DNA of 64,000 nucleotides from the human T2T-CHM13v2.0 reference genome, Homo sapiens: the NCBI RefSeq assembly GCF_009914755.1, contig NC_060948.1, one strand, 5' to 3'. Below the pieces are notes generated by a model. That model had not been told where the DNA came from. It did no database searches and saw only the letters and a program-made list of their open reading frames with translations. This document shows positions 14,101 through 28,073 of the stretch, piece after piece. The first letter of the stretch is position 1. Each line of letters starts with the position of its first letter. The translations under genes were made by a program, and so were the position numbers.

Positions 14101-14757
14101 ATTGAATATAATGGAGTCGAATGAAATGGAATTGAAAGGAATGGGATCGAATAAAATGGAATATACTGGAATGTAACGTAATGAACTGGAATGTAATTGA
14201 CTGGAATGGAATGAACATGAATGGAATGTAATCGAATGGAAAGTAATCCAATGGAATAGAATCTAATGCAATAAAATCGACTCAGATAGAGTAGAATGTA
14301 ATGGAATGGAGTGCAGTGCAATGGAATGGAATGGAATGGAATGCAATGGAATGGAATGGAATGGAATGCAATGGAATGGAATGTAATGGAATGGGATGGA
14401 ATGGTATGGAATGGATAGTAATGGACTGGAGTGAAATGGACTGGAAAGGAATGGACTCAAATTGAAAGGGCTCGAAAGGAATGGAGTCAAATGGAATGGT
14501 CTGGAATGGAATGAACACGAATGTAATGCAACCCAATAGAATGGAATCGAATGGCATGGAATATAAAGAAATGGAATCGAAGAGAATGGAAACAAATGGA
14601 ATGGAATTGAATGGAATGGAATTGAATGGAATGGGAACGAATGGAGTGAAATTGTATGCAGTAGAAGAGAATAGAATGGAATGCAAGCGAAAGGAAAGGA
14701 ATGGATTGGAATGGAATGGAATTCATTGGAATGGAAGGGAATGTAGTGTAATGGACA
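11174..14757 (+). repeat. DYZ1 unit 4 (3584 bp, B-like mosaic)
   Basis: GGCC 11174 to 14758; gtcgaaacaaatgg and cgccagg as in type B; tttcttggatgg variant. Confidence 0.9.
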
Positions 14758-17700
14758 GGCCTGGAATAAAGTGGAATGCTACGGTCTCGAATGGAATAAA
14801 AATGTATGGAATGGAATGCAATGAAACGGAATCGAATGTCATAGAATGTAATGGAATGCAACAAAATGGAATCCAAAATCATTGACTGGAAAGGCTGGGT
14901 GTCGAAAGGAATTGACTCCAATGGAATGGAATCGAATGGAATGGAAGTGAATAGAATCGAACTAAATCGAATGGAATGGAATTGATAGGAACGGAATGGA
15001 AAGGAATGCAATGATTTGGCATGGAATGGAATCGAATGGCATCGAATGGAATGGAATGGAATGCAATGGAATGGAATGTATTAGAATGTAATGAACTTTA
15101 ATGGAATGTACTCGAATGGATTCGACTGGAATGGAATGTTCTGGAAGTGAATGGACTCCAATGGAATGGATTCAAAAGGAATGGAATCGTACGGAATGGA
15201 ATCTAATGGAATGGAATTAAATGGAAATGAATCAAATTGAATAGCACGGAATTGAATTGAATGGAATGGAATGCAATGGAATCTAATGAAACGGAAAGGA
15301 AAGGAATGGAATGGAATGGAATGGGCTGGAATGGAAAGGAATCGAAACGAATGGAATGGAATCGAACTGAAGAGACTGGAATGGAATGCACTGGAATGGA
15401 AGGGAGTGTAATGGAAGGTTCTCGAAAAAAATGGAATCGAATGGAATGGAATTGAATGGAACGGAATAGAGTCGAATGGAATTGAATGGAATGGAATGGA
15501 CTAGAGTGAAATGGAATCGAACCACAAGGAATGGACAGGAATAGAATGGTCTCGAATTGAATGGAATCGTATGGAATGGCATCAAACGGAATGGAATGGA
15601 CAGCCACGGAATGGAATGCACTCGAATGCAATGGAGTCGAAACAAATGGACTGGAATAGAATGGACTCGACTGGTACGGACTCCAATGGAATGGAATCGA
15701 ATGGAAGGGAATCGAACGGAAGGGAATCGAACGGAATGGACTCGAAGGGAAAAGACTGCAATGGAAAGGTCTCGAATGGAATGGAAATTAACAGAATGGA
15801 ATGGAATCGAATGAAATGGAGTCAAAAGGAATGGAATCGAATGGCAAGAAATCGAATGTAATGGAATCGCCAGAAATTGATGTGAACGGAACGGAATGGA
15901 ATGGAATCCAAAGGAATGGAATAGAATGGAATGGAATCGAATGCAAAGGACTCGAATGGAAATCACTCGAATAGAATGCAATTTAATAAAATAGGATCAA
16001 ATGTAATGGAATGGAATGGAAAGGAATCGAAACGAAAGGAATGGAGACAGATGGAATGGAATGGAACAGAGAGCAATGGTATAGAATGGAATGGAATCAT
16101 CTGGAATGGAATTGAATGGAATGGAATAATATGAAATGGAATGGAATGGAATGGAATGGAATGCCCTTGAATTAAATGGACTGGAATGGAATGGACTCAA
16201 ACAGAGTGGAATGGAAAGTGTGGAGATAGAATGGAATGAACTCCTTTGGAATGGTGTAGTATGCAATGCAATCGACTGGCAGGGAATCAAAAGGAATGTA
16301 ATCGAATGGATTGGACTGGAATGCAATGGACTCGAATAGATTGGAAACGGAATGCAAAGAATGGAATGGAATAGTATGGAATGGAATGGAAAGGAATGGA
16401 GTGGAACAGACTAGAGTGGAATGGAATGGACTGGAAAGCAATGGACTGGAATGGAACTTTCTTGAATGGACTGGAATCAAACGGAATGGAATGCAATGCA
16501 ATCAAATGGCATGGAATAAAATAGAATGAAAGAGAATCAAATGGAATTGAATCGAATGGAATCGAATGGATTGGAAAGGAATAGAATGGAATGGAATGGA
16601 ATTGACTCAAATGGAATGGACTAGAATGGAATGGATTCGAATGGAAGGCAAAGGAATGGAATCTATTGGAATGGACTGTAATGGAATGGAATGGAAGGGA
16701 TTGGAATGGACTCGAATGGAATGGACTGCAATAGAAAGGATTCGAATGGAATGAAAAAGAATTGAATGGAATAGAACAGAATGGAATCAAATCGAATGAA
16801 ATGGAATGGAATAGAAAGGAATGGAATGAAATGGAATGGAAAGGATTCGAATGGAATGCAATCGAATGGAATGGAATCGAACGGAATGGAATAAAATGGA
16901 AGAAAACTGGCAAGAAATGGAATCGAAATGAATGGAGTGTTATGGAACGGACTCAAAAGGAATTGAATGTAATAGAATGGAGTGGAGTGGACTCGAATAT
17001 AATGGACTGGAATGGAATGAAATCACATGGAATGGGAACGAATGGAATGGAATGGAAAGGAATGGAATCGAATGGAAAGGAATCGAATGGAAGGGAATGA
17101 AATTGAATCAACAGGAATGGAAGGGAATAGAATAGACGGTAATGGAATGGACTCGAATAGAATGGACACGAATGCTCAAATTAAATGGACTCGAATGGAA
17201 TGGAAACGAAAGGAATGTCATCGAATGGAATTGAATCGATTGGAATGAAATCGCATAGAATGGAGTGGAATCAAATGGAATTGAATCGAAAGGAAAGGAA
17301 GCGAATGGACTGAAATGAAATGGAATGGAATTGAATGGAAAGTAATGCAATGGAATAGAATGGAACGAAATTTCACGGAATGGAATCAAACTGAATGGAA
17401 TCAAATCAATGGAATCAAATCAAATGGAATGGAAAGGAATTGAATGGAGTAGATGGGATTGGATGGGATTGGAATGAAATGTACTGGAAAGGACTCGAAT
17501 TTGATGAAACAGAATGGAATGAATTGGAACGGAATGGACTCGAATGGAATGGAATGTCATGGGATGGCATCAAATGGAATGGCATCAAATGGAATGGAAT
17601 CGAATGCAATGGAATGCTATGGAATGGAATGGAATGCATTGGAATGGAATGTCCTCTAATGGAATGGATTCGAGTGGAATGGAATTGAATATAATGGAGT

Positions 17701-18300
17701 CGAATGAAATGGAATTGAAAGGAATGGCATCGAATACAATGGAATATACTGGAATGTAACGTAATGAACTCGAATGTAATTGACTGGAATGGAATGTACA
17801 TGAATGGAATGTAATCGAATGGAAAGTAATCCAATGGAATAGAATCTAATGCAATAAAATCGACTCAGATAGAGTAGAATGTAATGGAATGGAGTGCAGT
17901 GCAATGGAATGGAATGGAATTTAATGCAATGGAATGGAATGGAATGGAATGGGATGGAATGGTATGGAATGGATAGTAATGGACTGGAGTGAAATGGACT
18001 GGAAAGGAATGGACTCAAATTGAAAGGGCACGAAAGGAATGGAGTCAAATGGAATGGTCTGGAATGGAATGAACACGAATGTAATGCAACCCAATAGAAT
18101 GGAATCGAATGGCATGGAATATAAAGAAATGGAATCGAAGAGAATGGAAACAAATGGAATGGAATTGAATGGAATGGGAACGAATGGAGTGAAATTGTAT
18201 GCAGTAGAAGTGAATAGAATGGAATGCAAGCGAAAGGAAAGGAATGGATTGGAATGGAATGGAATTCATTGGAATGGAAGGGAATGTAGTGTAATGGACA
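14758..18300 (+). repeat. DYZ1 unit 5 (3543 bp, type B, near-copy of unit 2)
   Basis: GGCC 14758 to 18301; same length and private variants as unit 2. Confidence 0.9.
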
Positions 18301-21300
18301 GGCCTGGAATAAAGTGGAATGCTACGGTCTCGAATGGAATAAAAATGTATGGAATGGAATGCAATGAAACGGAATCGAATGTCATAGAATGTAATGGAAT
18401 GCAAAAAAATGGAATCCAAAATCATTGACTGGAAAGGCTGGGTGTCGAAAGGAATTGACTCCAATGGAATGGAATCGAATGGAATGGAAGTGAATAGAAT
18501 CGAACTAAATCGAATGGAATGGAATTGATAGGAACGGAATGGAAAGGAATGCAATGATTTGGCATGGAATGGAATCGAATGGCATCGAATGGAATGGAAT
18601 GGAATGCAATGGAATGGAATGTATTAGAATGGAATGAACTTTAATGGAATGTACTCGAATGGATTCGACTGGAATGGAATGTTCTGGAAGTGAATGGACT
18701 CCAATGGAATGGATTCAAAAGGAATGGAATCGTACGGAATGGAATCTAATGGAATGGAATTAAATGGAAATGAATCAAATTGAATAGCACGGAATTGAAT
18801 TGAATGGAATGGAATGCAATGGAATCTAATGAAACGGAAAGGAAAGGAATGGAATGGAATGGAATGGGCTGGAATGGAAAGGAATCGAAACGAATGGAAT
18901 GGAATCGAAGTGAAGAGACTGGAATGGAATGCACTGGAATGGAAGGGAGTGTAATGGAAGGTTCTCGAAAAAAATGGAATCGAATGGAATGGAATTGAAT
19001 GGAACGGAATAGAGTCGAATGGAATTGAATGGAATGGAATGGACTAGAGTGAAATGGAATCGAACCACAAGGAATGGACAGGAATAGAATGGTCTCGAAT
19101 TGAATGGAATCGTATGGAATGGCATCAAACGGAATGGAATGGACAGCCACGGAATGGAATGCACTCGAATGCAATGAAGTCGAAACTAACGGACTGGAAT
19201 AGAATGGACTCGACTGGTACGGACTCCAATGGAATGGAATCGAACGGAAGGGAATCGAACGGAATGGACTCGAAGGGAAAAGACTGCAATGGAAAGGTCT
19301 CGAATGGAATGGAAATTAATGGAATGGAATGGAATCGAATGAAATGGAGTCAAAAGGAATGGAATCGAATGGCAAGAAATCGAATGTAATGGAATCGCAA
19401 GGAATTGATGTGAACGGAACGGAATGGAATGGAATCCAAAGGAATGGAATAGAATGGAATGGAATCGAATGGAAAGGACTCGAATGGAAATCACTCGAAT
19501 AGAATGCAATTTAATAAAATAGGATCAAATGTAATGGAATGGAATGGAAAGGAATCGAAACGAAAGGAATGGAGACAGATGGAATGGAATGGAACAGAGA
19601 GCAATGGTATAGAATGGAATGGAATCATCTGGAATGGAATTGAATGGAATGGAATAATATGAAATGGAATGGAATGGAATGGAATGGAATGCCCTTGAAT
19701 TAAATGGACTGGAATGGAATGGACTCAAACAGAGTGGAATGCAAAGTGTGGAGGTAGAATGGAATGAACTCCTTTGGAATGGACTAGTAGGCAATGCAAT
19801 CGACTAGCAGGGAATCAAAAGGAATGTAATCGAATGGATTGGACTGGAATGCAATGGACTCGAATAGATTGGAAACGGAATGCAAAGGAATGGAATGGAA
19901 TAGTATGGAATGGAATGGAAAGGAATGGAGTGGAATAGACTAGAGTGGAATGGAATGGACTGGAAAGCAATGGACTGGAATGGAACTTTCTTGAATGGAC
20001 TGGAATCAAACGGAATGGAATGCAATGCAATCAAATGGCATGGAATAAAATAGAATGAAAGAGAATCAAATGGAATTGAATCGAATGGAATCGAATGGAT
20101 TGGAAAGGAATAGAATGGAATGGAATGGAATTGACTCAAATGGAATGGACTAGAATGGAATGGATTCGAATGGAAGGCAAAGGAATGGAATCTATTGGAA
20201 TGGACTGTAATGGAATGGAATGGAAGGGATTGGAATGGACTCGAATGGAATGGACTGCAATAGAAAGGATTCGAATGGAATGAAAAAGAATTGAATGGAA
20301 TAGAACAGAATGGAATCAAATCGAATGAAATGGAATGGAATAGAAAGGAATGGAATGAAATGGAATGGAAAGGATTCGAATGGAATGCAATCGAATGGAA
20401 TGGAATCGAACGGAATGGAATAAAATGGAAGAAAACTGGCAAGAAATGGAATCGAAATGAATGGAGTGTTATGGAACGGACTCAAAAGGAATTGAATGTA
20501 ATAGAATGGAGTGGAGAGGACTCGAATATAATGGACTGGAATGGAATGAAATCACATGGAATGGGAACGAATGGAATGGAATGGAAAGGAATGGAATCGA
20601 ATGGAAAGGAATCGAATGGAAGGGAATGAAATTGAATCAACAGGAATGGAAGGGAATAGAATAGACGGTAATGGAATGGACTCGAATAGAATGGACACGA
20701 ATGCTCAAATTAAATGGACTCGAATGGAATGGAAACGAAAGGAATGTCATCGAATGGAATTGAATCGATTGGAATGAAATCGCATAGAATGGAGTGGAAT
20801 CAAATGGAATTGAATCGAAAGGAAAGGAAGCGAATGGACTGAAATGAAATGGAATGGAATTGAATGGAAAGTAATGCAATGGAATAGAATGGAACGAAAT
20901 TTCACGGAATGGAATCAAACTGAATGGAATCAAATCAATGGAATCAAATCAAATGGAATGGAAAGGAATTGAATGGAGTAGATGGGATTGGATGGGATTG
21001 GAATGAAATGTACTGGAAAGGACTCGAATTTCATGAAACGGAATGGAATGAATTGGAACGGAATGGACTCGAATGGAATGGAATGTCATGGGATGGCATC
21101 AAACGGAATGGCATCAAATGGAATGGAATCGAATGCAATGGAATGCTATGGAATGGAATGGAATGCATTGGAATGGAATGTCCTCTAATGGAATGGATTC
21201 GAGTGGAATGGAATTGAATATAATGGAGTCGAATGAAATGGAATTGAAAGGAATGGGATCGAATACAATGGAATATACTGGAATGTAACGTAATGAACTC

Positions 21301-21829
21301 GAATGTAATTGACTGGAATGGAATGTACATGAATGGAATGTAATCGAATGGAAAGTAATCCAATGGAATAGAATCTAATGCAATAAAATCGACTCAGATA
21401 GAGTAGAATGTAATGGAATGGAGTGCAGTGCAATGGAATGGAATGGAATGGAATGCAATGGAATGGAATGGAATGGAATGGGATGGAATGGTATGGAATG
21501 GATAGTAATGGACTGGAGTGAAATGGACTGGAAAGGAATGGACTCAAATTGAAAGGGCACGAAAGGAATGGAGTCAAATGGAATGGTCTGGAATGGAATG
21601 AACACGAATGTAATGCAACCCAATAGAATGGAATCGAATGGCATGGAATATAAAGAAATGGAATCGAAGAGAATGGAAACAAATGGAATGGAATTGAATG
21701 GAATGGGAACGAATGGAGTGAAATTGTATGCAGTAGAAGTGAATAGAATGGAATGCAAGCGAAAGGAAAGGAATGGATTGGAATGGAATGGAATTCATTG
21801 GAATGGAAGGGAATGTATTGTAATGGACA
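18301..21829 (+). repeat. DYZ1 unit 6 (3529 bp, type A, near-copy of unit 3)
   Basis: GGCC 18301 to 21830; shares caaacggaatggcatc with unit 3. Confidence 0.9.
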
Positions 21830-24800
21830 GGCCTGGAATAAAGTGGAATGCTACGGTCTCGAATGGAATAAAAATGTATGGAATGGAATGCAATGAAACG
21901 GAATCGAATGTCATAGAATGTAATGGAATGCAAAAAAATGGAATCCAAAATCATTGACTGGAAAGGCTGGGTGTCGAAAGGAATTGACTCCAATGGAATG
22001 GAATCGAATGGAATGGAAGTGAATAGAATCGAACTAAATCGAATGGAATGGAATTGATAGGAACGGAATGGAAAGGAATGCAATGATTTGGCATGGAATG
22101 GAATCGAATGGCATCGAATGGAATGGAATGGAATGCAATGGAATGGAATGTATTAGAATGGAATGAACTTTAATGGAATGTACTCGAATGGATTCGACTG
22201 GAATGGAATGTTCTGGAAGTGAATGGACTCCAATGGAATGGATTCAAAAGGAATGGAATCGTACGGAATGGAATCTAATGGAATGGAATTAAATGGAAAT
22301 GAATCAAATTGAATAGCACGGAATTGAATTGAATGGAATGGAATGCAATGGAATCTAATGAAACGGAAAGGAAAGGAATGGAATGGAATGGAATGGGCTG
22401 GAATGGAAAGGAATCGAAACGAATGGAATGGAATCGAACTGAAGAGACTGGAATGGAATGCACTGGAATGGAAGGGAGTGTAATGGAAGGTTGTCGAAAA
22501 AAATGGAATCGAATGGAATGGAATTGAATGGAACGGAATAGAGTCGAATGGAATTGAATGGAATGGAATGGACTAGAGTGAAATGGAATCGAACCACAAG
22601 GAATGGACAGGAATAGAATGGTCTCGAATTGAATGGAATCGTATGGAATGGCATCAAACGGAATGGAATGGACAGCCACGGAATGGAATGCACTCGAATG
22701 CAATGAAGTCGAAACTAACGGACTGGAATAGAATGGACTCGACTGGTACGGACTCCAATGGAATGGAATCGAATGGAAGGGAATCGAACGGAAGGGAATC
22801 GAACGGAATGGACTCGAAGGGAAAAGACTGCAATGGAAAGGTCTCGAATGGAATGGAAATTAATGGAATGGAATGGAATCGAATGAAATGGAGTCAAAAG
22901 GAATGGAATCGAATGGCAAGAAATCGAATGTAATGGAATCGCCAGGAATTGATGTGAACGGAACGGAATGGAATGGAATCCAAAGGAATGGAATAGAATG
23001 GAATGGAATCGAATGGAAAGGACTCGAATGGAAATCACTCGAATAGAATGCAATTTAATAAAATAGGATCAAATGTAATGGAATGGAATGGAAAGGAATC
23101 GAAACGAAAGGAATGGAGACAGATGGAATGGAATGGAACAGAGAGCAATGGTATAGAATGGAATGGAATCATCTGGAATGGAATTGAATGGAATGGAATA
23201 ATATGAAATGGAATGGAATGGAATGGAATGGAATGGAATGCCCTTGAATTAAATGGACTGGAATGGAATGGACTCAAACAGAGTGGAATGGAAAGTGTGG
23301 AGGTAGAATGGAATGAACTCCTTTGGAATGGACTAGTAGGCAATGCAATCGACTGGCAGGGAATCAAAAGGAATGTAATCGAATGGATTGGACTGGAATG
23401 CAATGGACTCGAATAGATTGGAAACGGAATGCAAAGAATGGAATGGAATAGTATGGAATGGAATGGAAAGGAATGGAGTGGAATAGACTAGAGTGGAATG
23501 GAATGGACTGGAAAGCAATGGACTGGAATGGAACTTTCTTGAATGGACTGGAATCAAACGGAATGGAATGCAATGCAATCAAATGGCATGGAATAAAATA
23601 GAATGAAAGAGAATCAAATGGAATTGAATCGAATGGAATCGAATGGATTGGAAAGGAATAGAATGGAATGGAATGGAATTGACTCAAATGGAATGGACTA
23701 GAATGGAATGGATTCGAATGGAAGGCAAAGGAATGGAATCTATTGGAATGGACTGTAATGGAATGGAATGGAAGGGATTGGAATGGACTCGAATGGAATG
23801 GACTGCAATAGAAAGGATTCGAATGGAATGAAAAAGAATTGAATGGAATAGAACAGAATGGAATCAAATCGAATGAAATGGAATGGAATAGAAAGGAATG
23901 GAATGAAATGGAATGGAAAGGATTCGAATGGAATGCAATCGAATGGAATGGAATCGAACGGAATGGAATAAAATGGAAGAAAACAGGCAAGAAATGGAAT
24001 CGAAAGGAATGGAGTGTTATGGAACGGACTCAAAAGGAATTGAATGTAATAGAATGGAGTGGAGTGGACTCGAATATAATGGACTGGAATGGAATGAAAT
24101 CACATGGAATGGGAACGAATGGAATGGAATGGAAAGGAATGGAATCGAATGGAAAGGAATCGAATGGAAGGGAATGAAATTGAATCAACAGGAATGGAAG
24201 GGAATAGAATAGACGGTAATGGAATGGACTCGAATAGAATGGACACGAATGCTCAAATTAAATGGACTCGAATGGAATGGAAACGAAAGGAATGTCATCG
24301 AATGGAATTGAATCGATTGGAATGAAATCGCATAGAATGGAGTGGAATCAAATGGAATTGAATCGAAAGGAAAGGAAGCGAATGGACTGAAATGAAATGG
24401 AATGGAATTGAATGGAAAGTAATGCAATGGAATAGAATGGAACGAAATTTCACGGAATGGAATCAAACTGAATGGAATCAAATCAATGGAATCAAATCAA
24501 ATGGAATGGAAAGGAATTGAATGGAGTAGATGGGATTGGATGGGATTGGAATGAAATGTACTGGAAAGGACTCGAATTTCATGAAACGGAATGGAATGAA
24601 TTGGAAAGGAATGGACTCGAATGGAATGGAATGTCATGGGATGGCATCAAATGGAATGGCATCAAATGGAATGGAATCGAATGCAATGGAATGCTATGGA
24701 ATGGAATGGAATGCATTGGAATGGAATGTCCTCTAATGGAATGGATTCGAGTGGAATGGAATTGAATATAATGGAGTCGAATGAAATGGAATTGAAAGGA

Positions 24801-25407
24801 ATGGGATCGAATACAATGGAATATACTGGAATGTAACGTAATGAACTGGAATGTAATTGACTGGAATGGAATGTACATGAATGGAATGTAATCGAATGGA
24901 AAGTAATCCAATGGAATAGAATCTAATGCAATAAAATCGACTCAGATAGAGTAGAATGTAATGGAATGGAGTGCAGTGCAATGGAATGGAATGGAATGGA
25001 ATGCAATGGAATGGAATGGAATGGAATGGAATGGAATGGAATGGGATGGAATGGTATGGAATGGATAGTAATGGACTGGAGTGAAATGGACTGGAAAGGA
25101 ATGGACTCAAATTGAAAGGGCTCGAAAGGAATGGAGTCAAATGGAATGGTCTGGAATGGAATGAACACGAATGTAATGCAACCCAATAGAATGGAATCGA
25201 ATGGCATGGAATATAAAGAAATGGAATCGAAGAGAATGGAAACAAATGGAATGGAATTGAATGGAATGGAATTGAATGGAATGGGAACGAATGGAGTGAA
25301 ATTGTATGCAGTAGAAGAGAATAGAATGGAATGCAAGCGAAAGGAAAGGAATGGATTGGAATGGAATGGAATTCATTGGAATGGAAGGGAATGTAGTGTA
25401 ATGGACA
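21830..25407 (+). repeat. DYZ1 unit 7 (3578 bp)
   Basis: GGCC 21830 to 25408. Confidence 0.9.
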
Positions 25408-28073
25408 GGCCTGGAATAAAGTGGAATGCTACGGTCTCGAATGGAATAAAAATGTATGGAATGGAATGCAATGAAACGGAATCGAATGTCATAGAATGTA
25501 ATGGAATGCAAAAAAATGGAATCCAAAATCATTGACTGGAAAGGCTGGGTGTCGAAAGGAATTGACTCCAATGGAATGGAATCGAGTGGAATGGAAGTGA
25601 ATAGAATCGAACTAAATCGAATGGAATGGAATTGATAGGAACGGAATGGAAAGGAATGCAATGATTTGGCATGGAATGGAATCGAATGGCATCGAATGGA
25701 ATGGAATGGAATGCAATGGAATGGAATGTATTAGAATGGAATGAACTTTAATGGAATGTACTCGAATGGATTCGACTGGAATGGAATGTTCTGGAAGTGA
25801 ATGGACTCCAATGGAATGGATTCAAAAGGAATGGAATCGTACGGAATGGAATCTAATGGAATGGAATTAAATGGAAATGAATCAAATTGAATAGCACGGA
25901 ATTGAATTGAATGGAATGGAATGCAATGGAATCTAATGAAACGGAAAGGAAAGGAATGGAATGGAATGGAATGGGCTGGAATGGAAAGGAATCGAAACGA
26001 ATGGAATGGAATCGAACTGAAGAGACTGGAATGGAATGCACTGGAATGGAAGGGAGTGTAATGGAAGGTTCTCGAAAAAAATGGAATCGAATGGAATGGA
26101 ATTGAATGGAACGGAATAGAGTCGAATGGAATTGAATGGAATGGAATGGACTAGAGTGAAATGGAATCGAACCACAAGGAATGGACAGGAATAGAATGGT
26201 CTCGAATTGAATGGAATCGTATGGAATGGCATCAAACGGAATGGAATGGACAGCCACGGAATGGAATGCACTCGAATGCAATGGAGTCGAAACTAACGGA
26301 CTGGAATAGAATGGACTCGATTGGTACGGACTCCAATGGAATGGAATCGAATGGAAGGGAATCGAACGGAAGGGAATCGAACGGAATGGACTCGAAGGGA
26401 AAAGACTGCAATGGAAAGGTCTCGAATGGAATGGAAATTAATGGAATGGAATGGAATCGAATGAAATGGAGTCAAAAGGAATGGAATCGAATGGCAAGAA
26501 ATCGAATGTAATGGAATCGCAAGGAATTGATGTGAACGGAACGGAATGGAATGGAATCCAAAGGAATGGAATAGAATGGAATGGAATCGAATGGAAAGGA
26601 CTCGAATGGAAATCACTCGAATAGAATGCAATTTAATAAAATAGGATCAAATGTAATAGAATGGAATGGAAAGGAATCGAAACGGAAGGAATGGAGACAG
26701 ATGGAATGGAATGGAACAGAGAGCAATGGTATAGAATGGAATGGAATCATCTGGAATGGAATTGAATGGAATGGAATAATATGAAATGGAATGGAATGGA
26801 ATGGAATGTAATGCCCTTGAATTAAATGGACTGGACTCGAACAGAGTGGAATGGAAAGTGTTGAGATAGAATGGAATGGACTCCTTTGGAATGGTCTAGT
26901 ATGCAATGCAATCGACTGGCAGGGAATCAAAAGGAATGTAATCGAATGGATTGGACTGGAATGCAATGGACTCGAATAGATTGGAAACGGAATGCAAAGG
27001 AATGGAATGGAATAGTATGGAATGCAATGGAAGGGAATGGAGTGGAATAGACTAGAGTGGAATGGAATGGACTGGAAAGCAATGGACTGGAATGGAACTT
27101 TCTTGGATGGATTGGAATCAAACGGAATGGAATGCAATGCAATCAAATGGCATGGAATAAAATAGAATGAAAGAGAATCAAATGGAATTGAATCGAATGG
27201 AATCGAATGGATTGGAAAGGAATAGAATGGAATGGAATGGAATTGACTCAAATGGAATGGACTAGAATGGAATGGATTCGAATGGAATGGAATGTCATGG
27301 AATGGCATCAAATGGAATGGCATCAAATGGAATGGAATCGAATGCAATGGAATGCTATGGAATGGAATGGAATGCATTGGAATGGAATGTCCTCTAATGG
27401 AATGGATTCGAGTGGAATGGAATTGAATATAATGGAGTCGAATGAAATGGAATTGAAAGGAATGGGATCGAATACAATGGAATATACTGGAATGTAACGT
27501 AATGAACTCGAATGTAATTGACTGGAATGGAATGTACATGAATGGAATGTAATCGAATGGAAAGTAATCCAATGGAATAGAATCTAATGCAATAAAATCG
27601 ACTCAGATAGAGTAGAATGTAATGGAATGGAGTGCAGTGCAATGGAATGGAATGGAATGGAATGCAATGGAATGGAATGGAATGGAATGGAATGGAATGG
27701 AATGGAATGGGATGGAATGGTATGGAATGGATAGTAATGGACTGGAGTGAAATGGACTGGAAAGGAATGGACTCAAATTGAAAGGGCTCGAAAGGAATGG
27801 AGTCAAATGGAATGGTCTGGAATGGAATGAACACGAATGTAATGCAATCCAATAGAATGGAATCGAATGGCATGGAATATAAAGAAATGGAATCGAAGAG
27901 AATGGAAACAAATGGAATGGAATTGAATGGAATGGAATTGAATGGAATGTGAACGAATGGAGTGAAATTGTATGCAGTAGAAGAGAATAGAATGGAATGC
28001 AAGCGAAAGGAAAGGAATGGATTGGAATGGAATGGAATTCATTGGAATGGAAGGGAATGTAGTGTAATGGACA
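25408..28073 (+). repeat. DYZ1 unit 8, internally deleted (2666 bp; ~903-bp deletion)
   Basis: GGCC 25408 to 28074; junction ggattcgaatggaatggaatgtcatgg at ~27274-27300. Confidence 0.9.

Noticed and set aside
26613-27572. 319-aa minus-strand ORF spanning the deletion junction (copy at 47045-48004)
   Set aside because: A chance in-frame fusion of two repeat-derived ORFs, with the same FHSIP composition and no promoter or splicing evidence.
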